A stretch of DNA of 64,000 nucleotides, from NCBI RefSeq assembly GCF_036321535.1, contig NC_087437.1, positions 103,666,001-103,730,000 of the forward strand. Reading direction: 5' to 3'. The translations under genes were made by a program, and so were the position numbers. The notes beneath the pieces were generated by a model. That model saw nothing but the letters and a program-made list of their open reading frames with translations. It was not told the origin of the DNA and made no database searches. This document shows positions 1-14,353 of this stretch, in pieces. How positions within the stretch are numbered: the stretch's first letter is position 1; the number at the start of each line of letters is the position of its first letter. Origin of the DNA: Camelus dromedarius. Taxonomy: Eukaryota.

Positions 1-279
1 ACATCCTATCAGCCCAGGATGTTTTATGCTCAGAATATGATACAAGGAAAGAATAAACTTCCATTTAATTTCAGTCATACATATTTTTGCCCTGTCACAA
101 CAACTAAATCAGTTTCCCAAGTGGTATAAATGTTTACTAAATATGCTATTTATCACTTCTAAAGCATCAATTATAAGACATCATTGATTTAATATAGCTT
201 TTAGACAAAAATGACACAGTTGTAAATAGTGCATTGATGCCTATTTTAAGATTTTTAAATATATGTAAACTCATATTTT

Positions 280-1170
280 AGAATCAAAATGATACTCTTG
301 TTAGTATCTTATATACCCTACTTTTACTTGGAATTCTTTATCCATCATAGGGAGAAAGATAATTTTTTTCCTTCTGTTTCTCCTGGGGTTTCAAATAAGC
401 TTTGTTTTTACCTATCATACACACTTAGTCAAGGTCAAGAGTTGATAGCTGTAGCTTTATTCACTTTTGAACTACGTATTGGCATAAATTTATCCTCTTT
501 GCTGTGGTTCATGTCTTATGCCTTAGATACTGCTAATGTTGATACTGCTAATGCCATCTGTGCTTTATTTTTGCTTCTGATGGAAGCGTCTTTTCATAAA
601 CCTTAACTTATTTTTTTCACCTTGATGAGTTGCTTTATGTAAAAAAATACATTTATTTTTCTGATAAACGTTTAAAATACCTTAGTGTTAAGCTTCAGTA
701 TGTGCAGGTTGGACCTCTTCTGCAGAAATGGAATGTTTGACAAAATTCTTTCATCTTAGTGAGATTACTTTAAAAATATCTTTTAGTTTTCTATGGTGAA
801 ATAGATTCGTTATAACTTTTTAATAGTATTTTATATTTGTTGTCCTAGTTAGAAATCTTCCGCTGTTTACTTTCAATTAAAAAACAAGCATTGTTAAGTT
901 ACTATGCATTTTGAAATGTCAACCTGTATCCCTGATACACTGTAGTCTGCCCCAATTAAAGGAGAGAAATCAATAGACTTCTTCTCTCTTCCCAAACTTT
1001 TCCCAAGAATGCATAAATATACTGTGGAGTTTTTAACACAGGTTACAAGCTGAAAATTATTATTTTTACATTATATATGTTGTCCTTGAAGTGTATATTT
1101 CAATCTCTTTTTCTAGTTCAATTTTATGACACATACTTTAAGTTGACTCTATTTTAAATGTTTTAGAATT
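280..1170 (-). mobile_element. Highly decayed ancient L1 (L1M/HAL1-like) fragment
   Basis: T-rich antisense L1-like text; appears to resume at about 2310-2960. Confidence 0.35.
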
Positions 1171-1569
1171 TATCAGTAACTTCCCAGCAGGATGGCATGA
1201 CCAGGTTGATTCAGTGGGATAGCTCTCAGTTTCCTATGACCCATTTAGCTGTAAAGATTTTCCATGGAGATAGAGCCTTTCAGAGCTTTTTGGTTATCAG
1301 GCGCTCAGACCCTTTAAGGATAATGTTCCATTCTGTTTATCCCATTAGGAAAACCACCATCCAGCAGCTGTGCAGTGATTTCAGGAGAAGGGTTAGGTGC
1401 ATGGAAAGGGAGTCTAAATTTTACGAGAATAGGAGGGTGATATATACCAGGTCTAGCCTCTGGCCAGCTAAAGCTGCAGAGATTCTAATTGGTCACACTA
1501 ATGTTTCTTTCATTATTTTTCACAGAAATCGTCAATAATTGTGTTATTGATAAACCAGTTAATCTGAGC

Positions 1570-2310
1570 TTTGTACAAGAGGGTGCCTTGGACCCCACCC
1601 AGCGCCCCTTCACTGAGCTGTTGCACCTATTTCCTGGCTGCTCTGATTGTTGACTGCTATTGGCTACCAGTTAACTCCATCAGAGTTTGGTCCTCAGGTA
1701 AGGAGAGGTGCCTCACCCAGGAGTCATGCTGCTCCTCTGCCCAAGACAGCCATCCATCCAATGTCTCTCCAACTGACACAGGGATGCAAAAGGCCAGTGA
1801 TGCACCCTCGAAGTGGGTCCAACTCTGTGGTGCAATCCATGCTCAAGATTGCCCCACAATGCCAGGTTAAAGCTTGTCTCTAGCTGAGATCTCACTCTTG
1901 CTGAATGGTCTGGCCCTTCCTGCCCAGCTTCTCTACTCCCCTTCCGAGGCTGCTACCGCAAGAATGAAAGAAACAGACTCACAGATATTGAGAACAAACT
2001 GGTGGTCGCCAGTGAGGACAGGGAAGGGAGGAGGGGCAGATAGGGGTCAGGAATTAAGAGGCACAGACTCTATGTATAAAATGAGCTACAAGCATATATT
2101 GTACAATATGGGGAATATAGACAGTATTTTATAATAATTATAAGTGGAGTTAACCTTTAACATTGTGAATCACTTTACTGTACACTTGTAATTTACATAA
2201 TATTATATATCAACTACAGTGCAATAAAAAAAAAAAAGCTTGTTTAAAGAATTCCCTTTACAAGAAGGCCTATCTCAGGTTTTCCTTATAGGGGCCTCAC
2301 TTAAGTCAAT
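1570..2310 (+). mobile_element. ERVL-type LTR (LTR16/LTR33-like) interrupted by an L1 3' end
   Basis: GC-richer block ending in tatctcaggttttccttataggggcctcacttaagtca, which resembles the ERVL LTR 3' terminus. Confidence 0.5.
1965..2237 (+). mobile_element. 5'-truncated L1 3' UTR with AATAAA and poly(A)
   Basis: aaacagactcacagatattgagaacaaact...caactacagtgcaataaaaaaaa; possible short TSD aagaat. Confidence 0.9.
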
Positions 2311-2960
2311 ATTCCTCAGATTCTCTGAGATACTGGATATCTGATATTATCCGAGGTGATGCGAAAAGTAACTTTACCTCAATATTACAGTATTGAGTCA
2401 AAATCTTTTACCCTAAAATTTTAAAATGTTGGCTCAGTGTTTTCAATAGTTTATTCCTGCAACAAAGAAATCTTAGGTTAATATGGCTTTAATTACTCTG
2501 GTTTGTATTTCTCTATGCTTCTCCATAATTCAAAGTTGCCAGAGTTGCCAAGGTATAGAAATTGCTTTGGTTTACGGTTTGTATTTTTATTGTTGCTGTT
2601 TGTTTTTAAATATGCAGCTTCCTCTCTATGTATGTTAACAGTTTTTTTTCCATTTCATAAAAATGTTTGTTTTGATTAGTGAAGAATGAATGCTTATTTT
2701 CTAAATCATCCTACCAACCAAATGTATTTATTAATATTATAGTAGGTTGCTATTATCTTTCCATCATATCATTGCTTATTTTATTTTTATTTACATATTC
2801 TCTATATTCTATGAAAACATGATTTCAGGCATTATTCTTCTTTACAAGTTCAATTTTACATAACTTCTATATTATTCTAAATTAAGTGTTTATTGCATTC
2901 TAATTTTCATGACAATAATTCTGTGTTCCACTCATCTTACTTTGGATCTTAGGCACTGTG
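2310..2960 (-). mobile_element. Ancient L1 ORF1-region fragment
   Basis: Antisense L1M-like text (ctaaaattttaaaatgttggctcagtgttttc...). Confidence 0.4.
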
Positions 2961-3877
2961 TTTTCATCAAGGGTTATCTTGGGTGATTTTTTGATCCTAT
3001 ATCATAAACACAGTTAAAAATAATGTACTTTTCTCCACATCTCAAGTCTGGGCCAACCTGAGAAATAAGGTACAAAGACATTCATAAGGAATTAAAGTAT
3101 CACATTTGGTGCAGAAAAACAAATTTAGTGAAGTGTGTTTATTTAGATCTGTGGCCAAAGTGTTTGCAAACTGTCCCTCTCCGTTACTGCCCTCAATAAC
3201 TTTCTAGACTCCGGGATCTCTCACCTTGGGGAAGTGGGTATCTCCAGGGTTGGTGCATTTAGCCAGGTTTACTGACAAAGAGGAAAGAGTTACAAAACAA
3301 GAACATGAGTGATAACTAATGCATTCTGCTTTTAGTAAATTTTCTCCATCCAATCAAGAAATGTGAACCAAAGATGCTATTCAACTCTACAACTAAGCAG
3401 CACGGCAAGAAGACAGAAACATTCTTCTATACGAACTCCTTCCACATGGAAAGAGGGGTCCATGGAAATGGAGACTCCGTCTGCAGGAATATTTGCCAAG
3501 TAATTTCTAAAAATGTCTGAAATCTTCCCTATATTATTTCTAGACAGTAATTTTAATCTTGAATACCCTTATTTTTTTCCCTAAGCTTGTTCTTCATAAA
3601 TAACCCATATTTGAATATTTTTATACATTTATTTCTGAAGGAAGTTAATTTTTCAAAACATATCACCTTCAAATATATATTCTCCTGTTTTGATCCCTGC
3701 TTACTTCTCTGACATATCAAGTTAAGAACATAAGTGAAAAATGAATTAATTCCTGATGTGCACCACTTCCAATAGTCTCCCTTTCTTTAAAATACTCTCT
3801 ATGTAGGTGTATATATACTACATATATACCTTGTTAGCTTGGTTTTATTAGTTTCTTGTTTTAAATTATTATGTTTC

Positions 3878-3995
3878 AGAGAAGAAAACTGCATTAGAAC
3901 ATATTAATGACTTATTAACAAGCACAAAGTCAGTAAGAGGCAAAGCTAGGGCTCTACCTGAGGCAATCTGAATCCAGAGATCTGCTTTTAGAAAG
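3878..3995 (-). mobile_element. MIR SINE fragment
   Basis: gaagaaaactg...aatgactt...cacaaagtcagtaagaggcaaagctagg...tctgaatccagag, the MIR core in antisense. Confidence 0.65.
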
Positions 3996-4365
3996 TTATG
4001 TTTTAAAATGCCATGTTGGCATCTCTCTTCCCTTCTCATGCTGTCTCCCTCCCTCACTCATATTTATATCATCTTTCTTCCCATTGATCAGTCTATCTAC
4101 ATATTTATCATCCTATCAGTCTGATCAACCGATACATCTACTTTTTGTGTATGTTTATAGTTCTATGTCCCTCCGCATCACCAACTGATAAAATTGATGG
4201 AGCAATTGAGCAATATAACTCTAATAAAATGGTGTCCCACATTAACTGAATGGATATTATGTCATGAGGACTGCTGGGGACTCAAAAAGCCAATACACAA
4301 AAATCAAGATTAGCTATCTGTTTAGAAAGCAAATATGTTTCCTTGTAAAAGTGATTATTAGACAT

Positions 4366-4366
<1 letters not shown>

Positions 4367-4416
<50 letters not shown>
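4367..4416. repeat. (CT)n(CA)n compound microsatellite
   Basis: Directly visible. Confidence 0.97.
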
Positions 4417-4418
<2 letters not shown>

Positions 4419-6204
4419 AAGAGCAGACACTCAACGCTCAAGATATATTTGATGTATAAGCATATGGAAGTTACACACCTATGTAACAAATAGTTCTGTT
4501 TAAGGAGAAGCTCTACCAGTGTATATGAAATATTATCTACCAAGTGTAATGCGTAACTGTTATGTAGGGGAATTATCATTCATAGGAAGGAAAGATATTA
4601 CAAATAACGGTAAGTGAAATAAATGTTATCCAACAAAATTTACATCAAAGGAATTGTCCTGAATAATTTAAATATATCTGGTTAAAGTATGCATGTTTAC
4701 TTTTGCTTTTGCTATAGAATCCACAAATAAATTGGCCTGTTACCCAAAGACTGTGGAAATTGAAAGCTACTATTTTAAGGACATTAAAAATACCTTTAGT
4801 ACTATCTTATTTTTATTGTGAAGCTGTGTTAACTTCTGAGAATTTGACATCCCCAATGAAAGGGGAGACTTGGAGGAGTAAGATTTTAAAATTATACATG
4901 TAATTATATATACTTATATGTATGTAATATATATGTAATGTATACTTTTGTGTGAATATATAAGTAGATGGTGTTAACTAGAGTGTTATGAACCCTTTTC
5001 TGTTAAATTGCAAACAAAAATCATAAAGTGTAACTTATTTTAGCTACTTTATTTTGGAAAAAAATTCTAGGAAATGGAAAGAAATCTCTAGAAGGGTTAG
5101 ACATAATATCAAGCAAGTCTCAGTGGCTAAAGCAGGTCAAGAGCAGTTAAATTGGCTTCTTAATATGTCTCTTCATAATTCAGTTATTCCTCCAAGTTCT
5201 ATTTTTGTAAAGTTCCTTTGAAAATATTGTTCTTTTGTTTTATAAGCTTTTAAAGACACATTCAACACATTTCTTATTGCCTGTCAACCATTTTCTTTCA
5301 TTATAAAAGTCATTTTGTTAGGGTCTTGATTTAATTAATGGACTGCATTCATCAGGGCGACTGACCAACTGAAGAATCCCTGCTGCTTTCTTCAATAGAT
5401 GGAGCTCCTGGAGTTTTGTGCTTAAGTCACTTCATTTTCCCTGGTTCATAAACCATGAAAACTTTGATTTTACTCAGCATTTTTCTTGGCTCTCTGACTG
5501 AATCAGTTTCCAAGGAATAAGATATGTGAATGCATAACATTTCCTCTATCAATATCCTTTCTTGCAAGAACTTATTTTTCGACTGCCAATAACGGGATTT
5601 TTCCAAGCTAAGTATTGATGTATGCCTAATGTGGAAACCTGTTATACTGAATGGCCTTAAATCTTCACGCTTCTTGTTATCAAAATCTATAGGAAAAGAA
5701 CATTAGCAAAGCTCTTTTAAAACACATACATTTGTAAAGATAACTGAAATTTAGCAAATCTTAAATAGATAAACACAATGAAAAGTAGTATTGGAGTGTC
5801 TATAACTTGTCATCCATTAAAATGGCTTATGTATTCATAAAGCATTAGTCACTTTAGATAAGCTTGAAATATATGTACAATAATCACTAACTCTATATTT
5901 TATTATTATAATACTTATAATATTTATATTATGATATAATATAATATCTGTATTCCATATTTCATATTATTTTATATATTTGTTATATTTATTATATAAG
6001 TTTGATTATTTCTATTATTTTAATATTACATATTTTATATTATTCATCCTGCCACAAGAATTAATCATTTTATGAATTAACATGAACACATATATAACTG
6101 TGCTTTTAATAGTTTTGACATTTTGATTACTATATTTCAATATGATCAGATTATTTGTAATTTTAAGTATCTTATTTTATGAAATTATAAGATTTATAGT
6201 GAGT

Positions 6205-6260
6205 AGACAGGCAACAAAAGCAAAAGTAGACAAATGGGATGACATCAAATTTAAACACTG
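6205..6260 (+). mobile_element. Short L1 ORF2 fragment
   Basis: gcaacaaaagcaaaagtagacaaatgggatgacatcaaat, same region as 32855-32895. Confidence 0.7.
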
Positions 6261-6899
6261 ATGTGTTCACATGCAATCACTTATATTTATAAAACGTCCC
6301 CACAGGATGAAACTAGCAATTGCAGTAAATAAATTCAATTGCATCTGGCCTTTGAATTTTATGTTTTGTAGTTATTTTTATATAGCAGTGCTCATTAAAA
6401 GAGTTACCAGAATACAATACTGGATTTATTTTTTTGTAAAAGGAATGTTCAAGCATAAATTGTCTTAACCTTTGCTATTGATTATTGTAGTTAATGATGA
6501 AATGTGATATCTTTATGACTTCGATGATGTTCTTTTGACTGTAAACTGAAAGCAAGAAATGTGAAGCATTTACTGTTTTCTACCCCATTGGCTGATGTTT
6601 GTGAAATATTAACTCTTCCCTGTTACCAGATTCTGTTATGCTCATGATGAGTGGACTTCTACACTGATAAAGGAGCGCCAAGGCAAAAGCGAAGAAAGGA
6701 ATGGTGCACAAATGAAGTGGTATTTTGTCAGCCTGAGGAGAGTCTGAGCTAGGCAGAGCTGTTTCCTGAACTGAGAGGGGCACAGGTGGAGGTGATGTAG
6801 GGCACCACAGTCCTCCCCTTTTACCACTCAAATCCCCTCAGTTCCTACATTAAGTCTGTTCCTCTATCAGAAAGTGGCGAACTGAAAATTCTTCAAGAG

Positions 6900-7420
6900 A
6901 CTCAATACAAGATGATTGTTAGAGCAGTCCCTGATGCTGTAATTGATCCTGAACCATCACTGAGACTCATCAACTCTGTCCTTCAGGAAACTGCAGATTT
7001 CTCATATTGGCTATTACAGATGGTAGAAACCAGACTTCTATATTATCCTTGGCAGGGCCGTAGTTGCCAAAATTGTTATTAATAGTTTTTACAGAGCCTT
7101 GAAACACTGAGAGGAAATGTTCCTGATATACTTTTCCCTTCCCACACTTTTTAGCTATAACTCTATCTTTTCTCTCTGGGAGACTGAACCTCTAATCTAG
7201 CAGCGCTCATGACTCCAAGGGCAGAAAGATGAAATTCATCTGTTGGGATACTGGAAGATGGTTGGAAGAGTCAATCCTGTTTTCACTTATTTAATCTGTT
7301 GTTAGGTGCATACGTCATGATCACTGGTTAAATGAATATATTACATCTGGAATTACAGAGCCTCAAAGTACTGTCCTTGAGCTAAGAAATTAACTTTGCC
7401 TATAAAAGGATGTGTCACAA
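6900..7420 (-). mobile_element. ERVL/MaLR internal-region remnant
   Basis: ctctgggagactgaacctctaatctagcagcgc and flanks resemble antisense ERVL-int. Confidence 0.5.
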
Positions 7421-7679
7421 AGTTGCATGGATGCACAGCAATGTGTCCAATGTGTTGATAACTGTGACTTCCCCAGCCTCTCCTGTTCCTACATGAAGCT
7501 GTTTCAGTCAGCCAGAGATGTCTGGTGAACTTAGCAAATCCTTCTCATCAGCTTGTCATATTTTCTGAATCTCCCTGGAAAATAACAGGTTAGTTGGCTA
7601 CTGCTTGCCCCAACCAGGAGCAGATTTCAGGTTCCCCAAGTCCCTCATTGTTCTCCTTATTTACCACTGAGGTTACCAC

Positions 7680-8010
7680 TATTACTAATAATTCCTCTGG
7701 GTATAGTGTGTTTTGCACTCTGTTCTAATTTAGTGACAGGCCACCTTTAGTGAAGATGTAGATCATGGCCAACCTGCTGTGGTTAAACTACCATTTTACA
7801 GAGCTAAGTCGGAAATAACATAACAGATTCCAATTGTTCTTATCCAAAGTTTCAGTAGTTTTCATAAATAACTACTTCCCAATTTGTTGAAGGTCTTTTC
7901 TTGATTTTCATAGTCTTTAAATGGTTTAGACATTTTTCTCCAGTTGTATTATTGCTTATTTTTTCCTTTATAGGAATTGCCAAGTTTCTCATTAGGCCTC
8001 ATTGCAATAA
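7680..8010 (-). mobile_element. Old L1 (L1MC/MD-like) 5' region fragment
   Basis: ttgttcttatccaaagtttcagtagttttcataaataactacttcccaatttgttg. Confidence 0.5.
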
Positions 8011-9539
8011 GTCTTTAAAATCAGGAACATCTGGAATAAAAATCTGTGTTTATTAAATGGTGTGTAAAATTTCTAACAATTTTGCTTTTCATTATCTCTT
8101 TATTCTTCCTTTCAAATTTGTTCCTAAAGGGTTTATTGGACTCAGATGGTGAACAGAAGTAACTATACTGGAATTCTCAGGGTTAATTAAGGTTTCAAAA
8201 TAAGATACACTAATATCATAACCACAAATGTGTGCATGAATTGTAAGCTATTGTCAGTAAGTGCCACTATTTCCAATACTGTTTTAAACACTTAATGTAG
8301 TAAGATTTGCTGTTTACTCTAGTGACACTGATTATGTCCTCTTATTGAAGTGTTCGAAGAAAGAGGGTGTTAATCCCTGGTTTCTTTCCCAGGTGTGTCT
8401 CTTCTCCCTAGAAGACTTCCACCCATCGTATAGAGACATGGGTGGCTAACTTGAAGAGACAAAAAAACAAACGTGAAGGCCTTTTATTGAACCAAGCTCA
8501 AGGTTAGTTGCTAGTGCCATGTGTTAGGGAAAGAAATGAGCCTAGTGGGGGAAAATGGCAATCTATTTTCAAAAACACAGAGTATGAGTTATTTTAGTGA
8601 TGCTTATTGTGCAAAAAATGCTTAGTAACATGAATACTTAGTAGTGCATTCTCTCAAATGCATTGTGCTATTAAATATAACAGATTAGAATCAGAATTTC
8701 TACATATGATTAAAAAACAGCTGTTGCATTTATTCTTCTACAAAAAATTTCTCTCAGAAATGCACAGCATTTATTTAAAAACCTGGCATACCCTTTCAGG
8801 AAATATTTACTGCACCATTAATTTTCACACTATGACCTGCACATTATCAGAGTCGTCACTTCTCATCATTATTATAGTTAATGCTAAGTTCAGAAAAGTC
8901 GTATGTCAAAAATACCAATGCCAAACTAATATTCAGATAATGCCCCAAGGTTACAAGAAGTGTATTGGTACTGAAATTGAAACATCTATAGAAATTCTTT
9001 TACTATTTCTGAGTAACTTTAAAAAACAATACATGAATAAAATTAAAAGAAAGATATATTACTGGCATATGGTTGTAACACATGATTTATTTCTTATGTA
9101 AAGACAAAGGTAACTGCTAGAGAGCAGATTGTAGCCTCTCCTGCAAGAATCATCTCTAGGAGTTACACTGTGATCAATATAGCTTCCATACACAGTACAC
9201 ACCGAAGGAAAGCACAACTCACACAAATAACACCACAACTGGCACACATGGTCATGGGAATATTAAATTTTTGAAACAATCAAGCATTTCAACATACAGC
9301 TCAGAGTTTAAATCCAAAATGAGTGTGATCAAATGTGTTATATGTTGTAAAATAAGCTTGATAAACAGAAATAAGAGCACTGAGATGAAGATGATGCCAA
9401 AAGTAGGCAAACAGCCTGATCACAAAAAGATACAGACATAAACAAGGGTGAGTTTGAAAGCTATTTTGAAAGCAGATGTTAGTCTGCTCTGATTTCCAGT
9501 TTTGGGAGGCTGAGTCTGTCAACTCTGATGGAAAAGGAG

Positions 9540-10140
9540 CTAAGAGTAGAATTAGGCAGAGCAGACAGAAGTCAACTGCAATAGGCAGGAGGCAATTTTG
9601 CTTAGACTTAGACTAAACTGATAGTATCAGAAATGTGAAAAATGCTTTGGATGGGAGATAACGATTTTTGAAGTTAGAGCACAAAGATTTTCTGATGGAT
9701 TGAATACTGAAATATATAACATAAAATGAGAGGGAAAGGAGAGTTAAGCCTGATAGTTAGGTTTTTGGTTTGAGCCACTGGGTTAAATGCTAGTATCAAT
9801 GGCTGAAATGGAAAATATGGGAGGAGAAGATCTGGAGAAACATGTATCCAAACAAAGACTTATGGGCAAATTAATTTTGAGATGCTTCTTGACATCCAGT
9901 CTGTGATGCTGATTATTTGTTTTGGAAATTTGAATCTTGGGTTCAGAGAGGAGCTAAGGACTAAATGAAATATTGCAGATATCATCAGCCTTAAATGGCA
10001 TTTAAAGATAAGGTGAGAGATAAAGTAATGCTGGGAGTGAATTCAACTTGAGAAGCCCAAAGAACTAAGTCACATGGCACTGCAACACTCACCGATTGGT
10101 GAAGGGATGAGAAACCAGCAAAGGAGGTCGATGCAGACTT
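9540..10140 (-). mobile_element. L2 LINE fragment
   Basis: gattttctgatggattgaat...ggtttttggtttgagccactgggt...gagatgcttcttgacatccag, typical antisense L2. Confidence 0.8.
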
Positions 10141-13114
10141 TTAAAAGAGAAGCCACTGACCTTCACTCAAGGAGACGATGTTTGTAAGGACTCATTTATG
10201 TTTCCATTACTATAACGAGGGGGAACTTTAATAAATATATTAGTTTTCGTATACAGAATCTTGCATCTCAGAAAGAGAATACTTCTTACGAGAGAGAATT
10301 TTAGAGTTTTCTTGAAGTTTCTGCTCTGCTTTTTCTCTTCTTTCAAATAATCTATTTTTAACAAAAGTCTCAATTCAATGAATGGACAAGGCACCAGTCT
10401 CCCCTCAACATTCTCCTTACTCCATATAGTGCTGAGTCATGTTCATGGTCTCCCACTCTTGTTTCCAGGAGTACCCCAATTCCTTGCCTATCTCTGTCTG
10501 GATTTTCATCTGTTTCCTTAGTTCTATAACATCTGTCTGACTCCTTATGACCTCCTTCTTTGTCAGATAATTTGATGTTCTATGCCCCTTATATAAATGT
10601 GAGCACAGTTATGCACAGAGATCAAAGAAATTCTCATAAAAGAGGAATCATTTGAGCTGAGACAAGAAGGTTGACTAGAGTTTTACCATGTACATGTTAT
10701 TATATAAATGACTTCATCCTGTCTCATGACAACTTGAATTTGCATTTTAGTTTTTTTTTTAACTCTGGCAGAAGAAGATTAGAAAATCATTTAAGTCAGA
10801 TGGCCCTATCCTAGTTTAGATACCCAGGTGATAATAAACCCTCTCTTCTCAATCGAGTAAATCAAACTTAAAATGTCAGAATACATTTTGCTCCTAATCA
10901 AGTGTTTCAATCATCCCTGCTCATCACATCTACCACTATGCAAATGAACTTCTCATTTCTCAGCTTACATAAGCTCCTTATACAAAAATCACATTTGTTT
11001 ATTCTTTTAAAAGTTACTTTCACTTCTTTTTTTCTGCCTATAATTAATGCACCATAACCCTTGGTGAAACTGCTCTTATGGGTACAAAAATAGGGGTATT
11101 TTTTTCAGATATTCTACCCTGATGCTTCCACTGTGGGCCTGGCTCTCGACCTTCCTGGACTTTCAGTGACAGCAGTTATGATGTTGACTGTGTCTTGCCT
11201 GCCAGTGCCACTTCCAGATCATGGACCCAAGATTCTCTTCACACATAAACATCTGACCTCCAGACCTTGTATCTCTCACCCTTTTTAATTATCCTGAATG
11301 CTTATTCTCTTGTACACTCTGTAAAGATATATATATGAAGCTGTAGAATCTTGTTCTTTACGCAGACTCTGGCAATCATCCACAGTTGTTAATATCTATA
11401 CTGAGAACTCTTTTGAGTCTCTGATTTTCAAATTCCTCAGACTCCTTAGGACAATAATATTTTAACTTCCTTTTAGATTGGCATGATCTTAATTAGTGAA
11501 AAGCAAAGAATTTAAGCTGCATTCCTCTTTTCTTATCATAGTATTGCTACTTGTCATCTCTCTTATTCCAACTCCCACCCATATGTTAAACTTACATTTT
11601 TAAAAATTGTTCACTAATTAATCAATGCTTCCATTTCCTAAAGTGAATTGTCTTTAAAACACAAATGCCAAATAAAAGAGTACAAAAGAATCAAAAAATA
11701 AAAAATCTTAATGGCAGAGAAGAGTTGTCATAACACACCCAAATCTATACTTTTCCAGGGCAGGGAGACCTCCGTAGATAAGCACACGAGACTTGTTTTA
11801 GTTCATTCCTTCTTCTTTTGGTAAGAATCCATTAAAGAAGTCAATGGAAGTAATCCTCAAGGAGTGAATCCAAGGAAAGAACATCATACAGTTGGAAGAT
11901 GTTTTATCCTCCCTACATAGCACACCAGTATTCTAGGGATGAGCTGAGTTTCCCTAACACGATGCAGGATTATCTAACATGTACAGAGACAAATGCCAAG
12001 GAGACGCCTGGTTTTGTGCTCGTGGCAGATAATTTTCACGTGAGCTATGATTTATTCCAAACTGCATAAATTCACGCATATCTATGTCTAGACTACTACT
12101 GAGCAATGGAACTGCCTGAGCTTATTAAATATCACACAATTCATTCAACTTATTCAAACAAAAGACTGTGAACACACAATACTGCAGGCATTTGGTAGGT
12201 ACTAAGGTACATAAAAGACATAAGAACACACAGAAAAACAGACTTCACTAGAGGCAAAGAAGGAAATAGAAAAAAAACAAGCAAAATTTAACACAGTAGC
12301 AAATACAGATTGTAATTTTGATTATTACTAGTCCAAAAATGTCTAAATCTGTTTGACATTTTCACTCTATAAAATCTTCTGTTAATTAAATGTGAAGAAT
12401 CAGTTAACTGGAAAAGAAAAAAAAAAACAGAATTTTCAGAAAGAATTGGCAATGTTGCTAAACCTATTCTTGTCACTTGAGTTTGATTGTTACAGAAATG
12501 TCTGGTGGGCCCAACGTTATAACTCAATGAACTAATAAAAAATTCTTATTGTCTCTCAATATGTTATGATTTTACATTTTCATGCAGCATGTCCCCTTGC
12601 TGATCTTTATTCCCTGTTATTTCTTAAATGTTCTATCAATATTATTCTCTCCTTTTAATTAATAATAATTCAAAACTCAGCACCTGTTTAGATCTATTGG
12701 AGTAACAAAACACCTAGCTTTTCCTTAACTGAGTGACTTGGTTCAGAGACTTGGTTCCAATCTTTTCACTGACTAATTGCTTAAATCAAATGACAGAGTT
12801 GCACCATTATGCGGCATTGTAAAGGCACATCTGATATAGTGATTATACAATATTATCCATGTCTTACCTCTGACCTCGCATTTTGTGTGACAGATCAGAG
12901 GGCAGAAATAAAAGATGAGATCAGAATCCTTATTAAGATAAAGAGACAGTTATGCCTATTTCTGTTCCTCATCACATCAGCTGGCCAATCTCATCTGAAA
13001 GTAGAAACAATCAAATCTTATTTTCATTGTTTTTTTCAGTGTTTCTGTTCATAAATGGAAGGGGCTCCTGACAGGCACAGATGCATGCCATTAATAGGTA
13101 TTTAATTGCTTCTT

Positions 13115-13297
13115 TTAAAAAAAAATCTTATTTATGATTTCTTATTTATGTGATTTCTTTTTTTTTTTTTTTTTGGTGGGGGTAATTAGGCTTATTTATT
13201 TATTTAAATTTTTTTTTTAAACAGAGGTGCTGGGAATTGAACCCAGGACCTTGTGCATGCTAAGCATGCACTGTACCACTGGGCTATACCCTCCCCC
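13115..13297 (-). mobile_element. Camelid tRNA-derived SINE (Vic-1 type) with 11-bp TSD
   Basis: Reverse complement reads GGGGGAGGGTATAGCCCAGTGGTACAGTGCATGCTTAGCATGCACAAGGTCCTGGGTTCAATTCCCAGCACCTC plus A-rich tail; TSD aattgcttctt at 13104-13114 and 13300-13310. Confidence 0.9.
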
Positions 13298-13789
13298 ACA
13301 ATTGCTTCTTGATATGAAAGCCAATTCTGGGTAGTAGGGTGAGAATTCATTGCTCAGTTGTAATAGAGTTTATAACATTTCATGATAGATGTGAATTTAG
13401 TGTCTGGAATTCTTTAGGTCATGAACCTTTGGTCATTGAAAGAGTTTGCTACTAGGCGGATGATCTTGTACGTCTCCAAGCGAAGCAAACATAAAACACA
13501 GCCGCGTTTGCCGCTTCTGAGATTTCCTTTAAGGACAAACAGATTTCTCATTCTCCAAACACATCCCTTGCATGACTATCATACTTAAATGTTTCTATTT
13601 CATAAAGTAATATCTCAAATTTCTGTTTAAACTAGATTTTTAAAAAAATTCATCTCACAGAATCCCTCACTCTCATGACTTCCATAAATGGCGACACCAC
13701 CGTTTGAATTAAAAAGGCTGTTTTTCCAATTAAGCTTCCGACTTGTTGCTGCCTCTTTTTTTTTTTGCATTAATTTATGATAAAAAGTC

Positions 13790-14180
13790 TTCAACGTCCC
13801 TCAAAACTTTCAGAGTAAAGTTGAAATTTCTAAATAAGTGCATATGGTGAGCAATGGCCTGACATTCTTCTAACTCTGTAGCTCAGATTGTACAATCCCT
13901 TCCATGTACCACTTGTTCCAAGGCAATCGCTTTACTTGAGTTTTGAGTTTACCTGAATGTGAATGGTCATTTACATTTACCCAAGGCTTATTCTCTGTCA
14001 TAACTTTTTCTTCTGCCTCCCATCTTGATCTAGTGTGTATTTCTTATTCTTCAAAGGTACCCCATTCTTTACCATTTTATACCCTCGAGTCTGATTTACA
14101 GAGAATTCCTCTTTCCCTCTTAACATATGCATCTGCCCCAGGTTTTATCACAGCATTCCTGCTACTGTTGAAATAAGTAC
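13790..14180 (+). mobile_element. L2 fragment
   Basis: cagagtaaagttgaaatttcta...ggcctgac, pyrimidine-rich L2 3' body. Confidence 0.45.
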
Positions 14181-14353
14181 TGTGAGCCACTCAACACTAC
14201 TTACTCAGAAGAAATCTGGAATACAACCCATTCCAAATGAAAATCAGTTTCTGATTCAAACTACTTATTAAATAATATAGATAGATGTATAATAAAGATA
14301 CATGTATGTAGGGCTGATACATATATAAAGAAATGCAAATTAAATAAAGGTGA

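Noticed and set aside
13225..13297. tRNA gene
   Set aside because: The A-rich tail and TSD show it is a SINE.
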